DNA of 64,000 bases from Eledone cirrhosa (GCA_964016885.1 CAXHJY010001472.1:1-64000); one strand, 5' to 3'; positions 26,139 to 39,229 are shown, counted from the stretch's first letter. Notes: generated by a model not told the origin, from the letters alone. Translations and numbers: made by a program.

Positions 26139-27729
26139 TAGCTACAACTAATAATGTCAGTAAAAATAAAAATTAAGCTTTTTAATCAAAAGAGTCTTAG
26201 GAAATATATAAAATATAACCGGTGGCAATGTAATCCATCTTAGCAATTAATTTTGTTGACAGACAAGTCCTTTGGTAGGGTACCATGATCTGTCATCTGG
26301 TGGTGCCTAACCAAACTAGGTGTTGGGGAATGTCTTGTGAGGGCAGTGCAGGATTTGTACAGAGGTGCTGTCAGTAACAGATGCGTTTAAAACTAGCTGT
26401 CCGTGACGATCTTATAGCAGAATCAGTAAAGAAGCTAGAGAAGAAATGCTGTCTATGGAAACAGTAGTTGGAAGCAAGGACAGAATAAAAACATAGAAAA
26501 GAGAACATGCTCACTATGTTGAAAAGGAACTGGGATAAAATCTATAAAATATACGCAATGCACATCTGGGGTACTCAACATATGTAGTGGGATAGCAAGC
26601 AAACAGGTAGTGAAAACTACATGTACAGAGAAATTCCACATTAGAAGTGACAGTGATAGAAACAGTTTTCAAATGAAGGTGGGTTCTATACAGATGAGCA
26701 GATTAGAAAGAGAGGAGGCTACTACGAGGCCATAATATCTACAATAAGGATGGGTTGGAAGAAGGGAGACATGGCCAGCAATTGCAGAGAATATGCCAAG
26801 GCTGGCAAAGAAATGAAGGAAGCATGCTCCGTTGGATGTGCGTCGACGACCGAGCAGAGATGAGTTGAGAGGGAAAATGGGTATGAGTTGTGTGCAGGAG
26901 AAAAGAATAAAATGGTTTGCTGGGTAAACAAGTGCCAAGTAATTCGAGTAGAAGGAAGACTAGGAAAAACATAGACAGGGTGGTGAGAGCAGACCTCAAA
27001 TCACTAACGATCACCAACGACCGGTATAAGCCGAGAGAGGCGGTGCTCAATAGTACATGTCCCACACTTGAAAGCGAACGAAGATGATCATGAAGATGAC
27101 TGTGCAAATGTTTCCTTATTTCTGCATAGAAAGTAATATACATCATCTTCAACAAACGCTATATTGTCTTTAGCTTTCAACAATACCATTTCGCAATAAA
27201 ACATGAAATAAGAACAAACTGATTCTCTAATATTTAATAATATATTGGCATCTGCTTCGCTGCTTAACTCCGACTGCTGGGCCTGCATTCTTGTCTCGTC
27301 TGTTATGCTTCCACTTCATTGCTTTCACAGGAACAATGAACAACTACTCTTTCTAACTCTTAAAACCTTGCTCTAGCTCTCGGGGATGTCTTTCCTACGG
27401 ACTGCATTCTTCACTCTTTTCGACACATCTTTCCAGTTTCTTCACATCGGTCAAAACTTCAATCTTCAATCTGCACAATTTCCACTTCTTTTCACATCTA
27501 GGTCTTTCTATTCTATACATCAGTTAGTCTTAGTTTCAAGTTCTTATATTGTAAAATAATATCTTTCAACATGGGAGACAATATAGCACTTGTTGCTGAA
27601 GATAGACTTTTATCATCTATATTATTCTCTCTCTCCAGCTACCAGTTAACATATCCATGCATAATATTTGCATGTGTGTCGTCATGTGTGTATATTTGAG
27701 AAAAGGATAATGATAAAAAGATATATACA

Positions 27730-28715
27730 TGGATTAGGAGAGTCACTTGGTGGTAGAACAATATGGTAGATGAGGCAATTAAGGCTAAGAGACAGGCATG
27801 GAAAGAATGGAAAAACAGGGCACATTACATAGAGACCAGGAGCAAAGCTAGGTGACAAGTATACTTAGCCAGAAGGGAGGTAGAGGATAGGAATTTCAAG
27901 CATCTTTTGCAACACGACGAACAGAAACAGGTGTTCGAGATTACGAGGCAGTGTGTCAGAGAGAATTGTGATGTCATTGGACAAAAGTGTATCCAGAATG
28001 ATAAAGGCCAGGTTGCACTCACAATTTCTGAGGAGATGCGTGGAAGAGCCAGTATGAAAGATTACTAAATGGGGAGAATGCATGGGAAAAAGATACCATA
28101 CCCAAAGTGAACCCTATAGAGGGGCTAGCAGAACAAGTCAGCAGCAATGTAGTATGGCAATCAAAGATATGAAGACGGGGAAAGCAACCGGTCCATCGGG
28201 TATAGCTGCCGAGATGCTCAAGGCATCTGGGTCAGTAGATCAGACCATAACCACAAGTAATGTTAACTAGATAATACTAAAGGGCGTCATACCAAACGAT
28301 TCGTGCAGCAGCATCATGGTCAACTGATACAAAGGTAAAGGTGATGCACTAGATAGAGGAAACTAGAGAGGTATAAAGCTGATGGACCACCAGATCATGA
28401 AAGTAACGTAAAGAGTTATAGCACAGTTGATTAGTACCTAGCTAAAAGTAAGCCACTCTACCTGGCATTTGTCGAAATGGGAAAAGCCTTCGACAGAGTC
28501 CACCATGCTATAATCTGGTGGGCTCTTAGAAAATTTGAAGTAGATGAATAGCTTATGAGGGCTGTACAAGCCATGTATAAAGAAACAATCAGCAAAGTTA
28601 GGGTTATCAATGACTAGAGCGAGGAATTTAGCATGCAGGTTGGTGTACACCAGGGCTGTTCTTAGCCCTCTCCTTTTTATCATAGTCCTGCAGGCAATAA
28701 CAGGAATTTAAAATT
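27730..28715 (+). pseudogene. Duplicated RTE LINE RT fragment
   Basis: Near-identical to 23515-24590 (MKTGKATGPSGIAAEMLKASG) with an internal deletion. Confidence 0.88.
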
Positions 28716-28729
28716 TAGGGATGTCAGCT

Positions 28730-30200
28730 TATAGTCCTACCAAGGGAGACAGTGATGTGAATGCAGAGGAATTTCATGAGATGTGTAGAGCTGTCAACAC
28801 CACACAAGCTCGAAACATCATTCTTCTGAGGGACTTCTATGCACATCTGAGTAAGGAGAGCAGTGAAGATCCGCGCTGGTAATTCCCTAACACCAACCGA
28901 AATGGAAGACTACCGACAGACGCCATGCTGGATGCAAACTTGATGGCAACCAACCTAACGTTAAGGAAGAATCCAGAAAAGATGTGGACCAAGACCTAGA
29001 TTGATTTCTTTCTGGTGAGGAAAAAGCAGCGCAATAGTGTTCTCAACACAGAACCATACAACTATTTCAGTACACTGGGACAGTGGACACATGCTTGTTA
29101 TGAGTGAGGTCCGGGTGAGCTTAAGAAAGAGCAAGGCTACACCAACAGTATAATCTATGACTGGGGAACTTTCAAGGAACATAAGCTACAGAAGAGGTTC
29201 ACGGGAGAAGTGAGCAACAGGTTCAGTGCTCTTTGTAGAGAGTTTGACAAAGAGGTACGGCTACTTGAACAATGCAGTAGCAGAAGCAAGTGAGACACTG
29301 ATGCTGAGGAGAAAGAAGAGGAAGCATGTCAGTTCTGCAGACCCAAAGGTGTGTGCAGCCTGCCAAGGACCAATTCTGTGCTGATCCTATGGAGAGGATG
29401 GACACAGTGGAGGTGATGAGAGAAGCACTCTGTACCGCTTACACTGACGCCAGAGAGGAGGCACTAAAAGTGTTAAGAGAACGGTTGACAGTTGGATGAT
29501 CAACGAGATCACATGGAGGAAAGGTCAGATCAAGGAAACAGATCCAGAGGATAGGAAAAAGGAAATGGCTGGACCATTTTAGAACACAACTATGAGATGC
29601 CCTCCACAGCCAAGAACACTGGGCAGATCAGGTGGCTGTTACAAAAACTGCATATTGAGACAGGACCCTTTGCCAGAGAGGAGCTTCAGAGAGCAAAAAA
29701 AGATAAAGGAGGGCAAGGCCCATGGAGAAAATCGAGTGGCTGCAGGTCATGTAGAGTTGTGATTTTCATATCTTGCAGTTCTGTAAAAAGGGACTGGAGA
29801 AACGAGTTGCCCTGAACCAGTGGACGATCAGTAACTTCGTGCCACTGCCAAAGAAGGCAGATCTCTCTAACACCAATTACAGGGGGACCTCACTTGTGGC
29901 AAAGACCCTCAACAGGGTGTGATTCTTAAGAGAATCCAGCCCTACATGGACAAAAAGCTCAAACAACCACAACAGCTTCAGAGATAAAGATCAACCAACG
30001 GTCACATCCTGATGAAGATATTTGAGGGAGCTAAAGCTAATTGCCTATAATTCTGACGATCGTCACTGCCTGATCAAGATTTTTGTGGAATACAAAAGTA
30101 TCACTGCTCTACACGAACACTAAAGCCAAAGTCATTACACCCGATGGTTCTTCGAATTATTAGTTGGAGTGCTCCAAGGAGCTACACCCATTCTTCAGTG
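28730..30200 (+). pseudogene. RTE-like LINE, APE endonuclease plus RT N-terminal remnants
   Basis: NIILLRDFYAHL (degenerate GDFNA), NTNRNGRL, IDFFLVRKKQRNSV, followed by the VPLPKKADLS-NYRG block. Confidence 0.75.
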
Positions 30201-31526
30201 GCTAAATACAGTCAAAGAAAAATATAATTGCTTTTCTTTCTCAGAGAGTTAAGTCAGCGAAGGTAACACACCACTAACAAAATCCCCTCTCCTACAAAAA
30301 TGGTCAATGACCAATCCAGCAGATAAACAATTATATTAAGAAAAATAATTTCTTTTTAAACAAAGGACAATTACATATTTACTGTTGAACGCCTGTTTGT
30401 GGGCTTATGTAGAGTAATATAGATATAAATACATCAACGACAAACACTATATTGTCTGGCACTTTAAAGGATTCGCTTTTGCAATAAAACAGGGAATCGA
30501 CATTATCCGATTCCCTAATATTTTATATTATATTGGCATCTGCTTGGCAGCGAACTCCAACTGCTGGGCCTGCATTCTTCTCTCTCTTGTCTGTTGCAGT
30601 GAAAATCAATGAAGTACAAGCATAACAATCACCAACTACTCTTTCTATGTTTATTCTCGGGGATGTCTTTTCTACCCACTGCATTCTTCACTACATCATG
30701 CCAACTTTCTACAGCTGCTTCACATCGGTCACATCTACGATCTTAATTCTGAACAATTACCATAAATATATATTTTGTCTGCATCAATCAGTTTGTCTTC
30801 GTTTCCTATTCTTATATTGCAAAAGCGTATCCAAAAAAAAACAAAAAAAAAAAACAATATAGCGTTTCCTCACCGTAACTATATTACTTTCACTCTCCAG
30901 CTTCCTGGTAACATAACCATATATTAAGTTTTAATGCATGTGCCTACTTGTATACCGTAATTTCTGTCTATATTTATGAGGAAAGAGGATAGATATTGAC
31001 AAGATGATATAAATATATATAGCTATTCAGTTTTATATATACCCCCCCCCCCACCCCACACACACACACACACTAACCACAAACTAAAACTAAACCCAAA
31101 TAATTCATCTAGAAATTAATGAACCCCGTCGTATCTGCTTCGAAATGATATTCAAACAAATAGAAACTAAAACTTACTATATCACTAACGTGCTGCATTA
31201 AATAGACATGAAAAAACACCCGTCTCAATTTTACGATGAAAACCGATATAATAAATTAAGCTTAAGCTTAATTAGTAAAGTAGTCTTCAGCAGAAACAGA
31301 CAAGGCATAAATTCAATGACAGTTTTATCAAACAACAAAATTTCTGGCTAAAACGGAAAATAAAATATTTTTATTAAAATATACTAGAGTAATTTCCCTT
31401 TGCTAATTAGAATGTTGCATAAACAGATTTCTACGGTGATATAAACAAACCCGATACACACCAACATATATATTATATTGTATTTATATATTATATATAT
31501 ACATGTGTATATAGTACAGACATTTA

Positions 31527-31900
31527 TTACAAATACACACATAATACAGACACATAATACAGACACATACTACACACACATACTACACACACATAATACA
31601 CATATAATACAGATAATACACATATAATACGCACAGATAATACACATAATACACACACAATACAGATACACATATAATACAGATAATACACACAGATAAT
31701 ACAGATAATACAGAGATAATACACATAATACACACATAATACAGATACACATATAATACAGATAATACACATAATACGCAGATAATAACACAGATAATAC
31801 ACACATAATACAGAGATAATACGCACAAATAGACACCTAATAGACACATAATACACACAATACATACACATACACACATAATATACACACACACACACAT
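31527..31900. repeat. Degenerate ACACATAATAC / ACAGATAATAC minisatellite
   Basis: Tandem units of about 9-13 bp; source of the spurious Y/C/V/I-rich ORFs. Confidence 0.85.
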
Positions 31901-31994
31901 AATATATAGTAATAATAATAAATTTGAAAACTAAAATTAAAAAAGGGCTCGATATGGATACATATATATCAAATATATAAGAACCGTACAGCAA

Positions 31995-32138
31995 ATATAT
32001 ATTAAAATAACAGATTAAAGTTTAAGCAAAGAATCGCTGCTTTCAACCTTAACGGGATCTTAAATGAATTTCAGAAGATCCCGTTAAGGGTGAAAGCAGC
32101 GATTCTTTGCTTAAACTTTAATCGGTTATTTTAATATA
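31995..32138. repeat. Near-perfect palindrome, about 65-bp arms with 13-bp spacer
   Basis: ...gaatcgctgctttcaaccttaacgggatctt-aaatgaatttcag-aagatcccgttaagggtgaaagcagcgattc... One arm recurs alone at about 44622-44690. Confidence 0.9.
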
Positions 32139-32340
32139 TATATATTTATATATATAAATAAATAAATAAATATATAAATATAAAAATTTCAGGTTATCAT
32201 TTAATATAAACTGTTATAGATAAAATGAGATTTCTTAATTCAATTCCCTAATGCATATACCAGCTGGCTACTAGCATTGATGTTATTCAGTAGCAGTCGA
32301 AATCTCCCCCTTCCTTAATTGACACTTTATAGTTAATACT

Positions 32341-32454
32341 TGTTTCTACTTTAGGCACAAGGCCAGCAATTACCCAGTGCATTACTAGTACTTTATTTTA
32401 TCGACCCCGTAAGGATGAAAGGCAAAGTCAACCTCGGCGGGATTTGAGGTTGAC
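32341..32454 (-). mobile_element. 5'-truncated SINE with 11-bp TSD
   Basis: TSD tagttaatact at 32330-32340 and 32455-32465. Body tcgaccccgtaaggatgaaaggcaaagtcaacctcgg is shared with the other copies. Confidence 0.85.
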
Positions 32455-32869
32455 TAGTTAATACTACTACACCAAATGACCAGCCCTGTCCATTGTTCAA
32501 TTGGTCAAGTATAGATTAAAATAGGCACTCCCAAAAATTCTTATTTAGATAAAATAAACCATTTACTCATTGTATTCTCATTAAAACCCATTTATATACT
32601 TGTTTAGCAGTAAATTGAATTACCATCTGTCATATACTTCTCTTCCTCCATTACAACTAATATAAATACTTCAATTTTTCTGATTTTTTCCAATTTATCC
32701 AAAATCTCTGAAGTTACAACTGATTATACATTTGGTATCGAATACTTGCTAACATTATATGATTACGCAAGCAGCGATACATAGGTATTTCGTCTGTTAC
32801 AGAAACATGTCGATACCTAATAAATTCCTTTTTTTTAAAAAAGCACTTTCATTTTATATTCATCTTTTC

Positions 32870-32925
<56 letters not shown>

Positions 32926-33145
32926 AATATATAAATATATATATATAAATATATATAAATATATATATATAAATATATATATATAAATATATATATATAT
33001 AAATATATATATATAAATATATATATATATAAATATATATATATATAAATATATATATATATAAATATATATATATATAAATATATATATATATAAATAT
33101 ATATATATAAATATATAAATATATATATATAAATATATATATATA

Positions 33146-33185
<40 letters not shown>

Positions 33186-33224
33186 AATATATATATATAA
33201 ATATAAATATATATATATATAAAT

Positions 33225-33259
<35 letters not shown>

Positions 33260-33262
33260 AAT

Positions 33263-33297
<35 letters not shown>

Positions 33298-33300
33298 AAT

Positions 33301-33331
<31 letters not shown>

Positions 33332-33457
33332 AATATATATATATATAAATATATATATATATAAATATATATATATAAATATATATATATAAATATATAT
33401 ATATAAATATATATATATAAATATATATATATATAAATATATAAATATATATATATA

Positions 33458-33505
<48 letters not shown>

Positions 33506-33582
33506 TATATATATAAATATAAATATATATATATATAAATATATATATATATAAATATATATATAAATATATATATATATAA

Positions 33583-33617
<35 letters not shown>

Positions 33618-33620
33618 AAT

Positions 33621-33677
<57 letters not shown>

Positions 33678-33714
33678 AATATATATATAAATATATAATA
33701 TATATATAAATATA

Positions 33715-33764
<50 letters not shown>

Positions 33765-33783
33765 AATATAAATATATAAATAT

Positions 33784-33814
<31 letters not shown>

Positions 33815-34070
33815 AATATATAAATATATATAAATATATATAAATATATATAAATATATAAATATATATATATATATAAATATATAAATATATATATATA
33901 TATAAATTATATATATATAAATTATATATATATAAATTATATATATATAAATTATATATATATAAATTATATATATATATATAAATTATATATATATAAA
34001 TTATATATATATATAAATAAATATATATATATAAATAAATATATATATATAAATAAATATATATATATAA

Positions 34071-34110
<40 letters not shown>
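32870..34110. repeat. About 1.2 kb compound (TA)n / TATAAA microsatellite
   Basis: Pure A/T dinucleotide tract interrupted by aaa. Confidence 0.97.
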
Positions 34111-34120
<10 letters not shown>

Positions 34121-34734
34121 GTTTCATAAGCTACTATATATATATATATACATATTTAAAAAAATTGGTTGGCTGGTATAACCTAACGTAAAAAAATAAA
34201 TAAAAAAATTCTATCCAAAAATGAGAGCTTTGTGGCAGAAAAGGAATTGAACAGGGACAAATTTTTAGGAGAATCTGGAATAAAAATATTCTAATGGTGC
34301 ATTTTATATTTTATATTCTCTAAATTACAAGTGAACAAAATTAACGTTAATCTAACTATAACGTATTACTGCTACTTTATTGGATAAACAATACTGAGTC
34401 AGCTTTTATAAGTCTTTTGAAAACCGAGAACAGAGACAATACCAACCATGTGAATTCAACAGATTTTTCCAGATAAATCTTAAAAAACAATTTTTACCCC
34501 CCCCCCCCCCCCCACATAATCTCATCAACACACATATTATACATATATATACATATATATCTTTCATTTTCTCCCTTAATCACTAGCAAATACCAACTCC
34601 TCCAGTTCTAAAAATAGAAAATTCTTCCAGAAAGATAGACAGAGAAAAATGAGAGAAGAGAGGAACCCAGTATTTGACTGGTACTTTTATTCAGAAAAAG
34701 ATAATTGCGAGAAAACTATAGATAGGAAGAATTC

Positions 34735-34830
34735 ACCCCAGCATTTCACTGGTACTTTTTTTTATCCAACGGAAGGAAGAAAGGCAAAGTTGACCTTGGC
34801 AGGATTTAAACTCAGAGAGCATAGAAATAA
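34735..34830 (-). mobile_element. Old SINE fragment
   Basis: actggtac...gaaaggcaaagttgaccttggcaggatttaaactcaga is a diverged match to the SINE core. Confidence 0.65.
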
Positions 34831-35127
34831 AAACGAATACTCCAAGGTATTCGAATAACTGCAACCTTATATATATATATATATATATATATAACAATTG
34901 TATATATATGTGTGTGTGTATATACAACAATATGATGAAATTAATTAAATCGAAAATGTTACCCCGATTAAAATACAAAAACATAACTATAAAAGCTTTT
35001 TTTTTTAAAGAAATTAATTGAATTGAATTTTTTTTAAAGAAATAAATGAAATTGAACTTTTTTTTTAAAGAAATAAGTTAAATTGAATTCTTTTTTTTAA
35101 AATAAATTAAATATAAATCTGACTGAC

Positions 35128-35311
35128 CTGTGGGACTTTTCTTCTCAGTCCCAGGAGTGAACGCTGTGGTTGGTTTTCGGCGTATCTCTGAGCAGCCCTA
35201 AAAAGGGCTTAACGCATACCCACGTTGAAAGGACGCATGAGAATACTGTGTAGTCATCTTTCAAAATCAGTGGCTGAAATGAAAATATGAAAAACGGGAC
35301 TTGTATTTATA
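35128..35311 (-). promoter_or_regulatory. Candidate TATA plus Inr promoter and first exon ending at a GT donor
   Basis: Minus strand: TATAAATA at 35311-35304, TCATTT with its A at 35280 (31 nt downstream), ATG at 35257 and CAG|GTCAGT donor at 35128. In-frame TAG at codon 20. Confidence 0.35.
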
Positions 35312-35666
35312 AGGAAAACAAAGTGACAGTAACTCACACATACTCACTCACGCACACACACACACACACACACACACATGTATCTATGTATGTATGTATG
35401 TATGTGGTTTTGCCGCCAAAAGATTAGCAAAGTTTGTGAGTGTGTATGTGTGTAACAACAACAACAACAACAACCGAACAATAGCAACAAATAATAAAAC
35501 AAAATTTATTATTCTATGAAGAAATTTAATATTTTGATCAAACAATGTGAAATATATATATATATATATATATAGGAAGATGTATGACCCCGACGGCAGA
35601 GCTCAAGCCGTTTCGACGGCTATCTCTGGTGCATTATGGTCCATCTGGTTCCTTAACACAACTCCG

Positions 35667-35710
<44 letters not shown>

Positions 35711-36103
35711 AGAAGTTGTATTTAATTTGTTGGAAGTTCGACAAACAAATGTTTATAACTGATTTAGAGCACTCAACAGTTTACTGGAGTAAATATTTCG
35801 TGATATTAAATAAATGGAAACTATATTTATAAAACCATATTTATTTTATTATATATATTTCAAGGCCAACCAAGACAAGCTTGGTGCACTTTCATCAAAT
35901 AAAATACAAAAGTTTATTTTGCTTTCCAACCGATAAGTTTTGCCTTTCATGGATACGTCTTTATTGATATATATATATCTATATATATGTGTGTGTGTGT
36001 GTGTAGATATATAGAAAAATATATTAAAGGCGGTACCCCAGCATGACCTCAGCAAAATGGCTGGGACAAGTAAAAGAGTAAAACAATATACATATATATA
36101 ATA

Positions 36104-36890
36104 CTAGCAGTGGTACCCGGCGTTGCACGGGATAAGTTATTTTGACCTAATCGTAGAAAAACTGCATGCCTGGACAATATGTAAAGAAAATAAACCGAAT
36201 GCTCTGATGCAATTAGTATTAGGTATGCTTTTCCTTCCACGTGAAGAAAATCGGCTAAGTGCTTTTGTACTTTAATAAAGTGGCAGGAGTCAGCAGGACA
36301 GATGTCACCACTTATATCAGAGGGAAGTCTGCAATGCTTGAGCAAGGCATGACGTGCAATCGGACAGCATATGGAGCCTTCTCGAACCAGTCCACCGCAC
36401 CTTCACAAACGTTTACCAAACAGTGGGTATAATTTAACAATTTTACAGAGGAGTGGTGCAATAAAATGGGCCTTGAGGCGTGTGCGTGTTCACTCGCCAC
36501 CCGAAACCAAAGGGTCGCCATCAGTTATTTCAAGGGCCCTTATAATGGATTTGTAAGCCGTTCACTGACACTCCAGTAACAATCAACAATTTCAAGTGGT
36601 GACCATAAAAAGGGCCATGTGAACGTTCTCTTAATAGTAACTTTCACTGCGTTCTCTGACATTTGGAGGGTGTTACGGTTGCTTCCACTGGTAGCCTTTA
36701 CAATGAATCAATGCGTTTGCGGCCCATTTAACAGCCATACATTGACGCGCCGAGTGCGATGCAGACAGCTAGACATACAGACATATTATAAGGGCGCGGT
36801 GTAAAGTTTGAAAACAGTCGGTTGGGTGCTTCTCGAGGTTTAGGGATTCAAACTCACACAGACATCCTTAGTTTTATATATATATATATA
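36104..36890 (-). mobile_element. Non-autonomous Helitron with the same termini as 20507-21140
   Basis: ctagcagtggtacccggcgttgcacggg (3' hairpin plus CTAG) and the shared 5' block gtaaagtttgaaaa..gttgggtg..gattcaaactc..gacatc..agttttatata. Confidence 0.7.
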
Positions 36891-37200
36891 TACCATATGA
36901 TACGTTCTACCTTGCAATCCACAATGACAAGAAACCTTGTAAATACAATGTCGATCATATCACACCATCTCCAACACCACACCACACATCGTCATGTGCA
37001 TACCATACACGCCTACATCCTCATCCCCCCATGTTCCCTCTATCTACCCTAACTTGCAACCCCACGTTAAATTCGATCCTGTAACTGTACTGTCGCACGC
37101 ACACACAACCACCGCCACCACTAAATACATCCACATACTTCAACAATCATCATCAACACATATCACTCGATCCCAAATCGACTGTATTATATACCCCCCA

Positions 37201-37386
37201 GGGTGGGGGGTTGGCAGTCTCGGTAGAGGGTCGGACGCCATGCTTTCAAACATAGTTACGTCCCTTTACGATCTGAGTTCAAATCCCGCCTAGGTTGACT
37301 TTGCCTTTCATCCTTACGGGGGTCGATAAAATAAAGTACCAGTAATACACTGGCTATTTGCTGGCCTTGTGCCTAAAGTAGAAACA
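37201..37386 (+). mobile_element. Full-length tRNA-derived SINE with about 14-bp TSD
   Basis: TSD attatataccccc(c)a on both sides; A-box-like tggcagtctcgg and B-box-like gagttcaaatcc. Confidence 0.88.
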
Positions 37387-37994
37387 ATTATATACCCCCA
37401 CCCCCCGTATGCCTACCATATAACACACCGTAACCTCTGATCATGTAATCATCTTGCCGAACATATCACCCCAGCACTACCACCATCACCATGTCCACAA
37501 CACACATGGCCGTACGTCCATAAACGCTTTCCCCCCCCGCGTTCCCTATCTCACCTCTTAACCGGTATTCGATCCGGTATATATATTTTTGTCCCTCACA
37601 ACTCCATCCACCACCACCACCACAAAACACAACTCCATACTTCACCAACACCGACAAAACATACCTCCACTCCCCAACCAACAATAGTGTGTGTGTCTGT
37701 GTGTAAGTATTTTACTCATACGGGCGTTTTAAGTGTGCGTGCGTGTACGCAAATTTATCTGTATGTGTGTGTGTATGTGAACACATGTATATACATATGT
37801 CTATGTGTGTGTATATATATATATATCTGTATATATATATATGTGTATGCATATGTGTATGTGTGTGTATATATGTATGTGTGTGTATGTGTACGTCTAC
37901 ATATATGTATATGGGTAAATCTGACTATGTGTAGGTGAGCTCATATATGTGCATGTATGTATATATGTGCGTGTATGTGTGTGTTGTCGGTACA

Positions 37995-38056
<62 letters not shown>

Positions 38057-39229
38057 AGTATACGTGTGTGGGAGTGTGTATGTGTATATCTTGCATACAT
38101 GAGTGTGAGTCCTTCCTCCCATCTCTGTCGTTCGCCACCCCCACCGATACTCCACCACTCTCCATATTCGTGTCCGCATGCGCGCATGCATATACATGTG
38201 TGTACATATACATATGGCTGTGTGTGAGCGTATGCCGATATGTGTGGGCAAGGATGTGCGTATGTGTCTTATGTTGTGTGTGTTTATACAACAATATATG
38301 TGTGTACGTATACGTATATACAACATATCTGTCAGACGAAGAGCGTCTATGTATCTATGTAAGGTACTGACGCCACCAATACATCCACCACACCACCAAA
38401 AACGCCGCTACCATAGACAAAGGCGCCACTACCACACGCCAGCCCGTCTACAGAGTTCACTAACCTCACACCACAACCCATCCCACTAAATAACCTTAAC
38501 CACCACCATATCTTCACATCCACACCAACATACTCGACACGCCAAGGCCAACCCACCACCACCACCACACCACAGCCCACCTCATCCACAGACCGTCACC
38601 AACATCTCACCATCACACCCACCCACCCCATATACACTACAGGCCAGTACATCGCCTTGATCCTTCTCACCAATCAAAACATCTCATTTTGTCAAACTCT
38701 TGAAACTCTGACTTTACCACATAGCATGTATTTCATTTTCTTATAGCATTTTAAGAGGGTCCGTCGAGCTGCCGATTATTGAGTCGGGTAGGATCGATAT
38801 AGATCGAACCTTGAGCTGATCAGTGGCGAAACGCGCGTCAAATATCAATAAATGCAATGAAGGAATAATCAACACTACAACTACCATCATGAAAATTGCC
38901 AATGGTGTCAGAAAATATATATATCTCTGTATTGAGTATGAGGGGTCGGGGAGATTACGGCTGTCATCTCATTTTCTTTCATCAAGGCTAAGTCATGTCG
39001 GGTTTGAAAACGTAGTTCAAATGATGGCGGTGGTAGCGAGTGTTGTTGGTGTGGTGGTTTGGTGGCGGTGTGGTGTCGTAGTGGTGGCGTAGTGGTGGTG
39101 AAATATAAACCACGTGGAGTGGAACAAATATAATGAAATAAATAAATATATATATACAAATACATACATACATACACACATACATACATACATACATACA
39201 CACACACACATACATACACACATACATGT

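Larger units (their letters stand above)
21950..30620. repeat. Subtelomeric tandem segmental duplication, about 21950-25680 vs about 26235-30620
   Basis: Paired near-identical ORFs (22873/27088, 24308/28438, 24631/29597) and colinear sequence. The second copy lacks about 100 bp of RT sequence and has an extra about 28730-29570. Confidence 0.9.

Noticed and set aside
32781-32825. taggtat...gaaacatgtc-gataccta-ataaa, a possible minimal hammerhead
   Set aside because: It has a stem and GAAAC..GTC but no CUGANGA box at all, so it cannot be supported.
31384-34127. Y/I/C/V-rich ORFs including the 430-aa ORF
   Set aside because: They are products of minisatellite and (TA)n microsatellite sequence.
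34990-35110. CRISPR-like repeats of about 30 bp
   Set aside because: It is a spacer-less AT-rich tandem repeat in a eukaryotic context with no cas genes.
37201-37290. tRNA gene
   Set aside because: The A/B boxes belong to a SINE head with a TSD; I see no cloverleaf.
37687-38370. Several overlapping V/C/Y/H/T-rich ORFs
   Set aside because: They come from (TG)n/(TA)n low-complexity sequence.
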